DNA from: a plasmid
DNA length: 64,000 nucleotides
Direction: 5' to 3' (one strand)
Sequence record: NZ_CP040393.1
The notes under the pieces: generated by a model
The model's input: the letters and a program-made list of their open reading frames with translations, nothing else
What the model was told of the DNA's origin: nothing
The model's database searches: none
Shown: piece by piece, positions 15,303-23,825 of the stretch
How positions within the stretch are numbered: the stretch's first letter is position 1
Layout of the letters: every line of letters starts with the position of its first letter
Translations under genes and position numbers: made by a program

Positions 15303-17941
15303 TGTCTGAATTTCTCGACAGTCTTGTGAGTCTCCTTCAGAAAGGGGGCGAGAAAGACGGTGCTGCCACAGCCAGAGCGAACCTGCAGCAGGCCTGGGAT
15401 TATCCTTCCCTGACGGCGGCGCTTCCCTGGCGTTATTACGATGACACCAACGACCTCTTTATCAACAACAGTACGGCCGGTTTTATTCTGGAGGCCGCGC
15501 CGCTGCCCGGAGCCAATGAGCAGGTGGTAGCGGCACTGGATGACATGCTGCGCAAAAAACTACCCCGCAGGACGCCGGTCACCGTGATTATGGTGGCCAG
15601 CAAATGTGTCGGCGAGCGCATTGCGAGAGGGGTCAGTACCGATATGTGGAAAGGCCCGCTGGCCTCCCACCTTAACAGCATAACCCGCGCATTCTGGGAA
15701 AAATCATCCCTTGAGGGAATGGCCAACCGCCGTGAGTACCCGCTCTTTCTTCGCAATTACCGGGTATTCATTGTCTTTGGGAAAAAAGGCCGGTTTACCA
15801 CCCGGTTAATGGACGAACTCAAGCAGATACGCAACACCATCCGCGTGTCGCTGGAAGCCGCCCGGATTGACTCCATCAACACTTCCGCCAGTGATTTCCT
15901 TTCGCTGATGCGTGAGCTGATCAATTACCGTTCCGCTCAGGTTATGCCCGCCAGTGCCGGATGGGACAGCGTGGAAGAGCTGAACCGGCAGGTCGTTGAT
16001 CAGGGGATAGATATCAAGGTCCGGCCTTCACATCTCCGACTGGAACTGCCGGAAAATGTCACGCAAGTGCCGGTCAGCTTTTCGCAGGAGCAGGTGTCAG
16101 GCACCAGGCAGGTCCGCCTTCCCGCGTCGGCCTGCCGTCTGGTGAACATGCAGCTCACCAAAAGTCCCACCCGTTTTGCGCTCTGGCAGGGGGCCGATAA
16201 CCTCCAGAATTTACGTTTCCCCGATCTGGGTATCCCCTGCCCCTTTATGCTCACCTGGACGGTGGAGCTGGAAGAGCAAACCAGAAGCCAGGGTGAAGCG
16301 ATGCGCAAGAACATGGATCTCTCTAAAAAAGCGAATTCCGCTTACGCCCTGCTGTTTCCCGGCATCAAAAAACAGGCCGAAGAATGGCGAAAAATGCAGA
16401 TGGAACTGGGTACCAACGAAGTGGCGTTATGCCGGTTTTATTTCAATCTGACGCTGTTCACACCGGATAACGATCAGGACTCACTCTCCTGTGAACTGGC
16501 CGCCATCAATGTGTTTCGTAAAAACGAACTGGAACTCACCACCATCCAGTATCAGCAGATGCGTAACTGGATGGCCGCGATGCCCTTCATGATGCAGGAG
16601 GGCCTCTGGGCCGATCTGAAAACGACCGGCGCCACTCTGCGCGCGAAAAGCTGGAACGCCACCAATCTGATGCCGGTGGTCGGGGAACGTCACCTTTCCC
16701 GGCGGGGGATGCCGCTGCCCACCTACCGTAACCAGGTCGCCTTTTTTGACATGTTTGGTGAAGAGAACGGCAGCACCAACTTCAATATTGCCGTGACCGG
16801 CACATCCGGGGCAGGGAAATCGTTCTTCACCCAGGGGGTTCTGCGCGACGTGCTGAATGCGGAGGGGTATGCCTGGGTTATCGACATGGGGGACAGCTAC
16901 AAAAACTACTGTAAACAGGCTGGCGGGGTCTATCTCGATGGCGCAGATCTGCGGTTTAACCCGTTTGCCAACGTGGTGGACAGCAAGGTGTCGGGGGAAA
17001 ACATCATGCGGCTGCTGACCGTGCTGGCCAGCCCCCAGGAGCCGCTCGATGCCGTGTGTGAGGCCATTCTGCTGAAAGCGGTGGTCTGGGCGTTTGATCA
17101 GAAAGCACAGAAGGCCCGCATTGACGATGTTCACGCCTATCTTACCAGTGCGGAAGTGAACAGCGCCTTCGAGGACAAACCCACCATCATTTCCCGGCTG
17201 GCCGAGCTGGCACTGTTGCTGGAGCCTTACTGTACGTGGGGACCTTACGGGGAATACTTCAACGCCGACGAGCCAACACTGAATGGCGAAACCCGCTTTG
17301 CGGTGCTGGAGCTGCTCAGCCTCGAGAACAAACCGAAGCTGCTCAGCGCCATCCTGTTTTCGCTCATTCTGGCGATTCAGGAAAAGATGTACCACAGTCC
17401 GCGTAACCTCAAAAAAGTGGCCATCATCGATGAGGCGTGGCGTCTGCTCAGCGGCTCCAACCCGCATGCCGCGAAGTTCATCGAAACCGGTTACCGCACC
17501 GTGCGTCGTCACCGTGGCGGCTTTATCACCATCACACAGGGGATTAAGGACTTTACCGCCAGTAAGGAAGCGGAAGCCGCATGGAACAACAGTTCCACCA
17601 AAATTACGCTTCTGCAGGACGCGAAAGCCTTCAAACAGTACCTGACGGAATATCCCGATCAGTTCTCCGAGATTGAAAAAGAGGTCATCAAATACTTCCA
17701 GCCCGCGCTTGATACCGGCTTCAGTTCGCTGCTGATCACGGCAGGGGAGCGCAGTTCATTCCACCGGCTGTTTGTCGACCCGGTGACGCGGGCCATGTTC
17801 AGCTCACGCGGCGAGGACTTTGCCTTCATGCAGGAGGAGCAGAAGAAGGGGGCCAGTTCAGAAGAGGCGGCTTACCGGCTTGCCAGGGTGAAATACGGGC
17901 CGGAGCTTGCGGCGCTTGAAGAATGGGTGAAAGCAGCATGA
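15302..17941 (+). CDS. traC: TraC, VirB4-family T4SS ATPase
   Basis: 879 aa against F TraC 875 aa. Walker A NIAVTGTSGAGKSFF; Walker B / DEAW (KKVAIIDEAWRLL). Confidence 0.9.
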   Translation: MSEFLDSLVSLLQKGGEKDGAATARANLQQAWDYPSLTAALPWRYYDDTNDLFINNSTAGFILEAAPLPGANEQVVAALDDMLRKKLPRRTPVTVIMVASKCVGERIARGVSTDMWKGPLASHLNSITRAFWEKSSLEGMANRREYPLFLRNYRVFIVFGKKGRFTTRLMDELKQIRNTIRVSLEAARIDSINTSASDFLSLMRELINYRSAQVMPASAGWDSVEELNRQVVDQGIDIKVRPSHLRLELPENVTQVPVSFSQEQVSGTRQVRLPASACRLVNMQLTKSPTRFALWQGADNLQNLRFPDLGIPCPFMLTWTVELEEQTRSQGEAMRKNMDLSKKANSAYALLFPGIKKQAEEWRKMQMELGTNEVALCRFYFNLTLFTPDNDQDSLSCELAAINVFRKNELELTTIQYQQMRNWMAAMPFMMQEGLWADLKTTGATLRAKSWNATNLMPVVGERHLSRRGMPLPTYRNQVAFFDMFGEENGSTNFNIAVTGTSGAGKSFFTQGVLRDVLNAEGYAWVIDMGDSYKNYCKQAGGVYLDGADLRFNPFANVVDSKVSGENIMRLLTVLASPQEPLDAVCEAILLKAVVWAFDQKAQKARIDDVHAYLTSAEVNSAFEDKPTIISRLAELALLLEPYCTWGPYGEYFNADEPTLNGETRFAVLELLSLENKPKLLSAILFSLILAIQEKMYHSPRNLKKVAIIDEAWRLLSGSNPHAAKFIETGYRTVRRHRGGFITITQGIKDFTASKEAEAAWNNSSTKITLLQDAKAFKQYLTEYPDQFSEIEKEVIKYFQPALDTGFSSLLITAGERSSFHRLFVDPVTRAMFSSRGEDFAFMQEEQKKGASSEEAAYRLARVKYGPELAALEEWVKAA

Positions 17942-18354
17942 ATGAACACAACGAAAAACCCGACAGCGGGGATGTTGTACGGGAAGGGGTGTCCCGGCCC
18001 GGCTGGCTGGCGTCGGTCCGCTGGCGGTTAGTGGTCTGTATGCTCGTCTCGCAGATGATCATGACCGGTATCAGCTGGATTGTCCTTAAAGCCGACACAC
18101 CGGAAGTGGTGACCTTCGATATGAAGGGCACGTGGGACATTTTTATGCAGCAGTCGGCACAGCAAAAACTGGATGAGGCAAAGGCGAAAGCACTCGTTAC
18201 AAGGTTCAACCTGGCCATGAGCGACAGCCTGACCGACTGGCAGAAGAAGCATAACGTCATCATTCTGGTGCAGCCTGCAGTCGTCAGCGCGCAGCAGGAC
18301 ATTACCACCGATATCCGCAACGACATTGCAGTGCGGATGCAGGAGGGCAAATGA
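17923..18354 (+). CDS. trbI: TrbI. The likely start is MNEHNEK at 17938, overlapping the traC stop.
   Basis: ...WRLVVCMLVSQMIMTGISWIVLKADTPEVVTFDMKGTWDIFMQQSAQQKLDEAKAKALVTRFNLAMSDSLTDWQKKHNVIILVQPAVVSAQQDITTDIRNDIAVRMQEG matches F TrbI (...VTVAFNMKQTVDAFFDSASQKQLSEAQSKALSARFNTALEASLQAWQQKHHAVILVSPAVVQGAPDITREIQQDIARRM). Confidence 0.85.
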   Translation: MGESSMNEHNEKPDSGDVVREGVSRPGWLASVRWRLVVCMLVSQMIMTGISWIVLKADTPEVVTFDMKGTWDIFMQQSAQQKLDEAKAKALVTRFNLAMSDSLTDWQKKHNVIILVQPAVVSAQQDITTDIRNDIAVRMQEGK

Positions 18355-18986
18355 CGCTATCCCGCAGACTGGTGGCCGTGCTCATCCTGACACTGTCCGC
18401 CAGTGCCGGGGCGAAAGATCTCGGCACCTGGGGGAATGTTTTTGAGCCGGCAGAACAGGACATGCTGGTCTTTATCCGGAACCGCCTGAAATCAATGGAG
18501 CAGAGTGGTGAACTGGATAAACTCAAAAACGAGGCCATTGAGCGCGTTAAACGCAACGCGGTCAGGCCACCCCCGGTGGCGGGTCTGACTCCCGCCCGTC
18601 AGTACCGCACCTTTAGTTTTGACCCCACCTTCACCGTCAACGAAACCATCACCGATATGAAGGGCAACATCATTGCCCGCAAGGGTGACAAGGTGAATCC
18701 GCTCGACCGTGTGCCCTACAGCCAGACGCTGTACTTCATCGACGGCGACAACCGTGATGAAGTGGCATGGATGAAAAAGCAGCTGCCCGGCGCCGGTGAT
18801 TTTAAGGTCATTCTGGTGAAGGGAAACATCAAGGAAACCAGCGATGCGCTTGATGAGCGCATTTATTTCGATCAGGCCGGCGTGCTGACAACGAAGTTTG
18901 GTTTTGAACACACGCCGGTGCGGATCACCCGCGATAACCGGGTACTGAAGGTGGAGGAAATACCCGTTACAGGAGCCAAAAAATGA
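18351..18986 (+). CDS. traW: TraW, pilus assembly protein
   Basis: 211 aa with a signal peptide. AKDLGTWGNVFEPAEQDMLVFIRNRLKSM matches F TraW ADLGTWGKTFEPDERDML. Confidence 0.85.
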   Translation: MTLSRRLVAVLILTLSASAGAKDLGTWGNVFEPAEQDMLVFIRNRLKSMEQSGELDKLKNEAIERVKRNAVRPPPVAGLTPARQYRTFSFDPTFTVNETITDMKGNIIARKGDKVNPLDRVPYSQTLYFIDGDNRDEVAWMKKQLPGAGDFKVILVKGNIKETSDALDERIYFDQAGVLTTKFGFEHTPVRITRDNRVLKVEEIPVTGAKK

Positions 18987-19345
18987 TGCTGCTGATAGTG
19001 TTGACTCTCCTCGTGGCGCTGCTTTCTTCCTGGTGGAGCATTGTCCTGTGCCCGGAAGAAGACCAGACCACAGGATTCTGGTGTGTCTGTTTCACCCTCA
19101 GCTTACAGATAGTGTCAGGCATAGTTTTCCGGGATGCCTGGGAAAAAGAACCCATCATTTTCCTCATGGCTGTTTCTTTTCTTCAGACATTCAATTTTAT
19201 GTCAGTCAGGTTTTCCCGTGCAGTTCGCGAAGGTTATCCCTCTTTCCGGAAGCTTAAACCGGTTATCCCGGCCGCACTTTTTTCCGGGATATTTACCCTG
19301 ACGATGTGGTCTTTTGCGGCGGCAATGGTTAATGGAACTCATTAA
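18983..19345 (+). CDS. Small polytopic membrane protein (120 aa), paralogue of 19493..19870. No F counterpart.
   Basis: MMLLIVLTLLVALLSSWWSIVLCPEED...IIFLMAVSFLQTFNFMSV...PAALFSGIFTLTMWSFAAAMV. Start overlaps the traW stop (ATGA). Confidence 0.55.
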   Translation: MMLLIVLTLLVALLSSWWSIVLCPEEDQTTGFWCVCFTLSLQIVSGIVFRDAWEKEPIIFLMAVSFLQTFNFMSVRFSRAVREGYPSFRKLKPVIPAALFSGIFTLTMWSFAAAMVNGTH

Positions 19346-19354
19346 GACCAGCTA

Positions 19355-19496
19355 TGCGCCTGATGAATGCATCTACTTCGATCAGGCCGGTGTCCTGACC
19401 ACGAAATACGAGTTGGAGCACACCCCGGTGCGTATCACCCGTGACGGGCGTGTCCTTAAGGTAGATGAAATACTTTTACCGGAGGTAGCTAAATGA
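19355..19496 (+). repeat. Diverged duplicate of the traW 3' end (encodes ...DECIYFDQAGVLTTKYELEHTPVRITRDGRVLKVDEILLPEVAK)
   Basis: Compare the traW C-terminus DERIYFDQAGVLTTKFGFEHTPVRITRDNRVLKVEEIPVTGAKK (18861-18986). About 75% nucleotide identity. Each copy is followed by ATGA and a paralogous small membrane-protein gene. Confidence 0.8.
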
Positions 19497-19870
19497 ATAC
19501 GGGTTATATTGCGATAGTTGAAACAGTGTTGTTAATACCGCTGGCGGTATGGGGCGTTGTCAGGCTGTGCAGGAAAGAGGATGCAAAGCTGGCAGTATTT
19601 GCCTCACTGGTTACATTATTTGTCCAGTGCGTTGCCATTTTTATATTTCGGGAATATATCGCTGCAGAACCCATTTTATTTTTCATGGCATTTATGTTTT
19701 GTCAGGCACTCGTTATTTTTCAAATGGAAACGGTGAAAAGGTTGCGGTTGCATTTTCTGTTTTTGCGTTCGCAACCTGTGGTCATCTCTGTCGGTATTAA
19801 CTCTCTCGCATACACCATTCCATGGTGGTTGTTAACGGGTTGTTTACTGAAGCGGTTTAGTGCGATGTAA
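19493..19870 (+). CDS. Small polytopic membrane protein (125 aa), paralogue of 18983..19345
   Basis: MNTGYIAIVETVLLIPLAVWGVVRLCRKEDAKLAVFASLVTLFVQCVAIFIFREYIAAEPILFFMAFMFCQALVIFQM... Same architecture as 18983..19345. Confidence 0.55.
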   Translation: MNTGYIAIVETVLLIPLAVWGVVRLCRKEDAKLAVFASLVTLFVQCVAIFIFREYIAAEPILFFMAFMFCQALVIFQMETVKRLRLHFLFLRSQPVVISVGINSLAYTIPWWLLTGCLLKRFSAM

Positions 19871-20219
19871 TGACGCCAGCAATTGTGCTGCCGAGTGTAT
19901 AAGCAAGGAAAAGCACAAGAAAACAGCCAACCACACCCCAAAGGTAACGAAAATAATTAAAGTGTCTGGAATTTTCGAATGTATTCTCAATAGTTAATAA
20001 GCTTCGGTTTATGATGTTTACGTACCACAAAATAATTAATAAGGAAACAAGGAGTGATATTGCCAGAAATAAACCATCAATAAAGTCCGGAGTGGGTAGT
20101 AACCGTTTTATAGTAATAATGATAAGCGTCATGATGGATGTTGCGGTCAGTGTATCCCGCAGTATATCCCTGAATGCGTCAAGGAAACGGTTATCGCTAA
20201 ATTCAGCCAGTATACGCAT
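19857..20219 (-). CDS. AT-rich membrane protein (120 aa, about 3 TM) on the opposite strand inside the tra operon; unknown
   Basis: MRILAEFSDNRFLDAFRDILRDTLTATSIMTLIIITIKRLLPT...LFLAISLLVSLLIILWYVNII...VVGCFLVLFLAYTLG. Local GC is well below its surroundings. Confidence 0.5.
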   Translation of the reverse strand: MRILAEFSDNRFLDAFRDILRDTLTATSIMTLIIITIKRLLPTPDFIDGLFLAISLLVSLLIILWYVNIINRSLLTIENTFENSRHFNYFRYLWGVVGCFLVLFLAYTLGSTIAGVITSH

Positions 20220-20320
20220 TTAATTAACTCCATTTATTCATCACCCCGACATCGTACCTGTACATCGTTTTTGTGTCGTGTTGAAAATCGAAGCCACTTT
20301 AAAATATTGCAGGAGATAAA

Positions 20321-20581
20321 ATGACAGCGACAGTTATGAGCGCAGCTGATTCATGTTCCCGTAAGGGGAAACCAGTGCGCGTCAGCGGAAATGACCTCAA
20401 AGAAATCTATCCTGAGCTGGACAGCTGGGCCAGCCCACTGGTTACCAAAGCGTTCGTCGGCTGGCAGCGCGCCACCGGGGTGACCGTCGATGAACCGCAG
20501 AAACGTGATGAACGTTTCCCGGCTTTCTTGCTGACGGTGATGCTCGATAAGCACAAGGAGAGCTTACATGAACGTGTATGA
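20321..20581 (+). CDS. Hypothetical protein (86 aa) in the traW-traU insert
   Basis: Clean ORF with native GC content; translationally coupled to the next ORF. Confidence 0.4.
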   Translation: MTATVMSAADSCSRKGKPVRVSGNDLKEIYPELDSWASPLVTKAFVGWQRATGVTVDEPQKRDERFPAFLLTVMLDKHKESLHERV

Positions 20582-21575
20582 GTTTCCCCTGACGAATGCC
20601 TGGCCCTGCACCTTCAATATCATGCTGGGTATGGCTACGCTTCTGATGCTGGTAGGCCTGGTGCTGGAGATAAAGAAGAAGTCAGAGGGCAGCAAAAAAC
20701 CTGAAGCGGAATGGCGCTATGGCATGCCGGTTGATGAACGACCGGGCGGAAAACAGACAGATATGACCACCGCCATGTATCTCTGGCAGCAGAGCGGCAT
20801 CAACTGCACGCTAAGGATGCTGAAAAGTCTGGAAGCTGCACTGAATGAGGCAGGCTATGGTCTGGCCCGCTCAACCGTACCCGCCTGCTATACCATCTCC
20901 CCGGAAGAGATGTTACCCCATCTGCGACGGCAGGTTGTCTGCGCCTTACTGCGTGCCCGTGAAAAGTTCTGGGCACCGGCACAGTCTGAAACCGGAACGG
21001 AGGATCTGGTCAGGCTGGCCATGTCGTCAGGCTTCGGGGACAGGATGCTGGATGACCTGCTGGAGAACCTCCGCAACCTGGGCTGGGTGCTACAGAAAAT
21101 CCGCTCAGACCGGGAGCTTTATGCGTATCCCCTGCAACAGGTGGTGGTGAAAATCACTGGCCGCTATGACGCTTGCCGCGATGACATGCTCCAGTGTCTG
21201 CAGGAAGCGGTCATCCATGCCCTGACCGGTGAAGAAAACACCCTTCCCGAAAACCACGGCACATTCAGGGGAAAAGGCAGCAACATCCGGTATGAGATAA
21301 CCCGTCAGGAACGCCGGTCACCACCGGGTTTCTTCCCCGAACACACCCCGGAGAAACTGCCGTCCGCGCTCACCGATGAGATGCACCGTTTCAATGCCAG
21401 CCTGCGGAACCACATTGTGGTCCTGCTGCAGTGCACCCGAAACTGCACACCCGACATGCTGCCATCGCTGACTGAACGGGTCGCCAGACAACTGACGGAG
21501 GGCCGGAACGAGGGCGTGATGGACGATGACGACACCGGCTATGCCTTCGCCTGCCAGGGCAGGTGTTTCGACTGA
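20568..21575 (+). CDS. Hypothetical protein (335 aa) with an N-terminal TM helix; unknown function
   Basis: MNVYEFPLTNAWPCTFNIMLGMATLLMLVGLVLEIKKKSEG... followed by a large soluble domain with several Cys pairs. No recognisable motif. Confidence 0.5.
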   Translation: MNVYEFPLTNAWPCTFNIMLGMATLLMLVGLVLEIKKKSEGSKKPEAEWRYGMPVDERPGGKQTDMTTAMYLWQQSGINCTLRMLKSLEAALNEAGYGLARSTVPACYTISPEEMLPHLRRQVVCALLRAREKFWAPAQSETGTEDLVRLAMSSGFGDRMLDDLLENLRNLGWVLQKIRSDRELYAYPLQQVVVKITGRYDACRDDMLQCLQEAVIHALTGEENTLPENHGTFRGKGSNIRYEITRQERRSPPGFFPEHTPEKLPSALTDEMHRFNASLRNHIVVLLQCTRNCTPDMLPSLTERVARQLTEGRNEGVMDDDDTGYAFACQGRCFD

Positions 21576-21601
21576 CCGATCACATGATTAAAGGTAGCCC
21601 T

Positions 21602-21805
21602 ATGCAAAAAGTACACGGCGGGGCAGAAACAAAAATGATCTCGTCTGTCAGGCACAATGCGGATTCAGATTCCTGGCTGAACGACATTCTGAGAGATAAC
21701 CCGCTCTACACCACGTCCGTTGTTATCCGTGGCGCACTTCTGGCGCTGCACCGTATGGATAAAGAAACGCGCGCGCAGTTCATCATTGAAGCTGCTGACC
21801 GCTGA
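21602..21805 (+). CDS. Small hypothetical protein (about 68 aa; the tracked ORF starts at 21563)
   Basis: MQKVHGGAETKMISSVRHNADSDSWLNDILRDNPLYTTSVVIRGALLALHRMDKETRAQFIIEAADR. Confidence 0.35.
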   Translation: MQKVHGGAETKMISSVRHNADSDSWLNDILRDNPLYTTSVVIRGALLALHRMDKETRAQFIIEAADR

Positions 21806-21870
21806 GTCCTGACCTGTTAACGCCCTCCTGCCAGCCGGTGGCCGTGGCAATCTTCTTTCCGAGGCAAACT

Positions 21871-22218
21871 ATGAAACATCCTGAATCTGTCGGGCCGCTG
21901 CCGGTCGTCCGTACGATTGATGGTTACTGGTGCCATCCCGCGCTTGACCATTTTTACGCAGGCCGGGAATACGTCCGGCCTTCTGAATACCATGACTGGC
22001 TGGCCAGGCACGGTCTTGAAGAGTCCCTGGTGTACCTTGACGACGACGAGGACTCACCGGCCGCAAGGGAATATGCAGAAAAAGCCGCGTTTACCCGCTG
22101 GCAACCCCCTGTTCCTGACGGGAATGGCTGGTTCATCGGGGCCATCTTCGATGGTGAGGACTATGGCCCCACCTGTATCTGGTTCCGTCAGCGGGAGGTG
22201 TCATGCGTCGCCAACTGA
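21871..22218 (+). CDS. Hypothetical acidic protein (about 116 aa) immediately upstream of traU, which it overlaps
   Basis: MKHPESVGPLPVVRTIDGYWCHPALDHFYAGREYVRPSEYHDWLARHGLEESLVYLDDDEDSPAAREYAEKAAFTRWQPP... Confidence 0.45.
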   Translation: MKHPESVGPLPVVRTIDGYWCHPALDHFYAGREYVRPSEYHDWLARHGLEESLVYLDDDEDSPAAREYAEKAAFTRWQPPVPDGNGWFIGAIFDGEDYGPTCIWFRQREVSCVAN

Positions 22219-23207
22219 GGATACTGTGTTTTTTCATCGGCCTGGTTTTCGCCGGGATGTTGCTGCCGGCATCTCCGGCCGCTGCCAGTGATGCCGGTGA
22301 CGGCCGCTGGGTCAATCCGATATCCGATGTGTGCTGGAAATGCCTGTTCCCCATGACGCTTGGCAGCATCCAGCTTGCCTCCGGGCCTCAACCGGACACA
22401 TCAAACCCGTCCATTCCCCTCCAGATATGCTCCTATGGCGTGCTTTACCGGATTGGACTGGCCATCGGGTACTGGGAGCCTACCGCCATGACGGATGTGA
22501 CGCGGGAGCCGGGCGTGATGGTCAACATGGGCGGGTTCAAAATCGATCTCGGGCGTACCGGTACAGGAACAGCCGGGCAAAGTGACAGGCCGGCAGCGGG
22601 CGCGTTTTATCATGTGCACTGGTACAAGTACCCCCTGATATCCTGGCTCAACATCATGACCAGCATCGGCTGCTTTCAGGGGGGCGATATGGATATCGCC
22701 TATCTGTCCGAAGTTGACCCCCTCTGGAACGACAGTACGCTCTCGATGCTGATTAACCCGGAGGCCGCACTGTTCGGCAACCTTGTCGCCCAGGCGGCCT
22801 GCGCGGCTGATGCCGTATCCAGTTCCGTGGGTTATCCGCTTGCTCCACTTTTCTGGTGTGCCGGCAGCCAGGGTTCCATGTATCCCTTTACGGGGTATAC
22901 CAGCGGCGAATTCTCACCCCTGGAATCCTCCCTGCTGGTCAGTGAGCGTATGGCATTCAAGCTGCACCGGGAAGGACTGGTGATGAACACCGTGGGGGCG
23001 GATTATGCCGTCTGTTACGAATACCCGTCCCCGATCGTTCCCAAAGAACGGTGGCGCTACCAGATGGTGAACATGTATCCCGAAACATCCAATTGCCACG
23101 CTTTCGGTGCCAGTACCCAGACGTGGGGGACACCGCATAACTCCCCTGAATCGAAGAAAAACTTCGGCTGGCTGCTGTGGCGAAAGCGTAACTGCGTTTA
23201 CCTGTGA
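22203..23207 (+). CDS. traU: TraU, pilus assembly / DNA transfer protein
   Basis: 334 aa against F TraU 330 aa. Signal peptide; conserved Cys/Trp-rich pattern (VNPISDVCWKCLFPM...). Confidence 0.9.
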   Translation: MRRQLRILCFFIGLVFAGMLLPASPAAASDAGDGRWVNPISDVCWKCLFPMTLGSIQLASGPQPDTSNPSIPLQICSYGVLYRIGLAIGYWEPTAMTDVTREPGVMVNMGGFKIDLGRTGTGTAGQSDRPAAGAFYHVHWYKYPLISWLNIMTSIGCFQGGDMDIAYLSEVDPLWNDSTLSMLINPEAALFGNLVAQAACAADAVSSSVGYPLAPLFWCAGSQGSMYPFTGYTSGEFSPLESSLLVSERMAFKLHREGLVMNTVGADYAVCYEYPSPIVPKERWRYQMVNMYPETSNCHAFGASTQTWGTPHNSPESKKNFGWLLWRKRNCVYL

Positions 23208-23216
23208 GGTTCCCTG

Positions 23217-23825
23217 ATGAAAAAAATACTCTTCCGGGCGCTGCTGGCCAGCAGCCTGGTAATTTGCCTGTCCGCCGCCGCGAGTGAACAGGCCGGTGTG
23301 TCCGCGAATGATCGGGCCTGGATGAAACAACAGCAGGATGCTTTGCAGGCCTTTAAAGAGAGTCTGAAAGACCCGTCGCTGTCGTTGCCGCCCGCGCAGC
23401 AGGATCGCGTCACCCGCCTGCAGCAGGGGATCGCAAAAGACCAGCCTGATACAGAGAAGAAAACGTTTCCAGCCATCTACTTTGTCAGCCTGGGACTGCC
23501 CCGCGAAGGCCTTCTGCCGATGCTGCAGGACGCGCATCGCTACGGCATACCCGCGACGATTCGCGGGCTTCTTAACAACGATTTGCGGCAGACGGCAAAC
23601 GCCATGTTTCAGCTGACCAAAGAGGATAAAAACATCGGCGTGCAGGTCGACCCGACGTTGTTCACCGATTACCATATCACCGCGATTCCGGCGCTGGTTG
23701 TGAACTGTCCGGGCCATTCCGATGTGATTCGCGGCAGTCTGCCGCTTAAACAGGCGCTGGAAAAAGTGGCCGGGCACGGCGACTGTGCAGCCACCGCGCG
23801 CCGGTTGCTGGAGGCATCCCGATGA
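23217..23825 (+). CDS. trbC: TrbC, periplasmic pilus assembly protein
   Basis: ...IYFVSLGLPREGLLPMLQDAHRYGIPATIRGLLNNDLRQTANAMFQLTKEDKNIGVQVDPTLFTDYHITAIPALVV...GSLPLKQALEKVAGHGDCAATARRLL matches F TrbC (LYFVSFSIPEEGLKRMLGETRHFGIPATLRGMVNNDLKTTAEAV...GDCRQVAHDLL). Confidence 0.9.
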   Translation: MKKILFRALLASSLVICLSAAASEQAGVSANDRAWMKQQQDALQAFKESLKDPSLSLPPAQQDRVTRLQQGIAKDQPDTEKKTFPAIYFVSLGLPREGLLPMLQDAHRYGIPATIRGLLNNDLRQTANAMFQLTKEDKNIGVQVDPTLFTDYHITAIPALVVNCPGHSDVIRGSLPLKQALEKVAGHGDCAATARRLLEASR

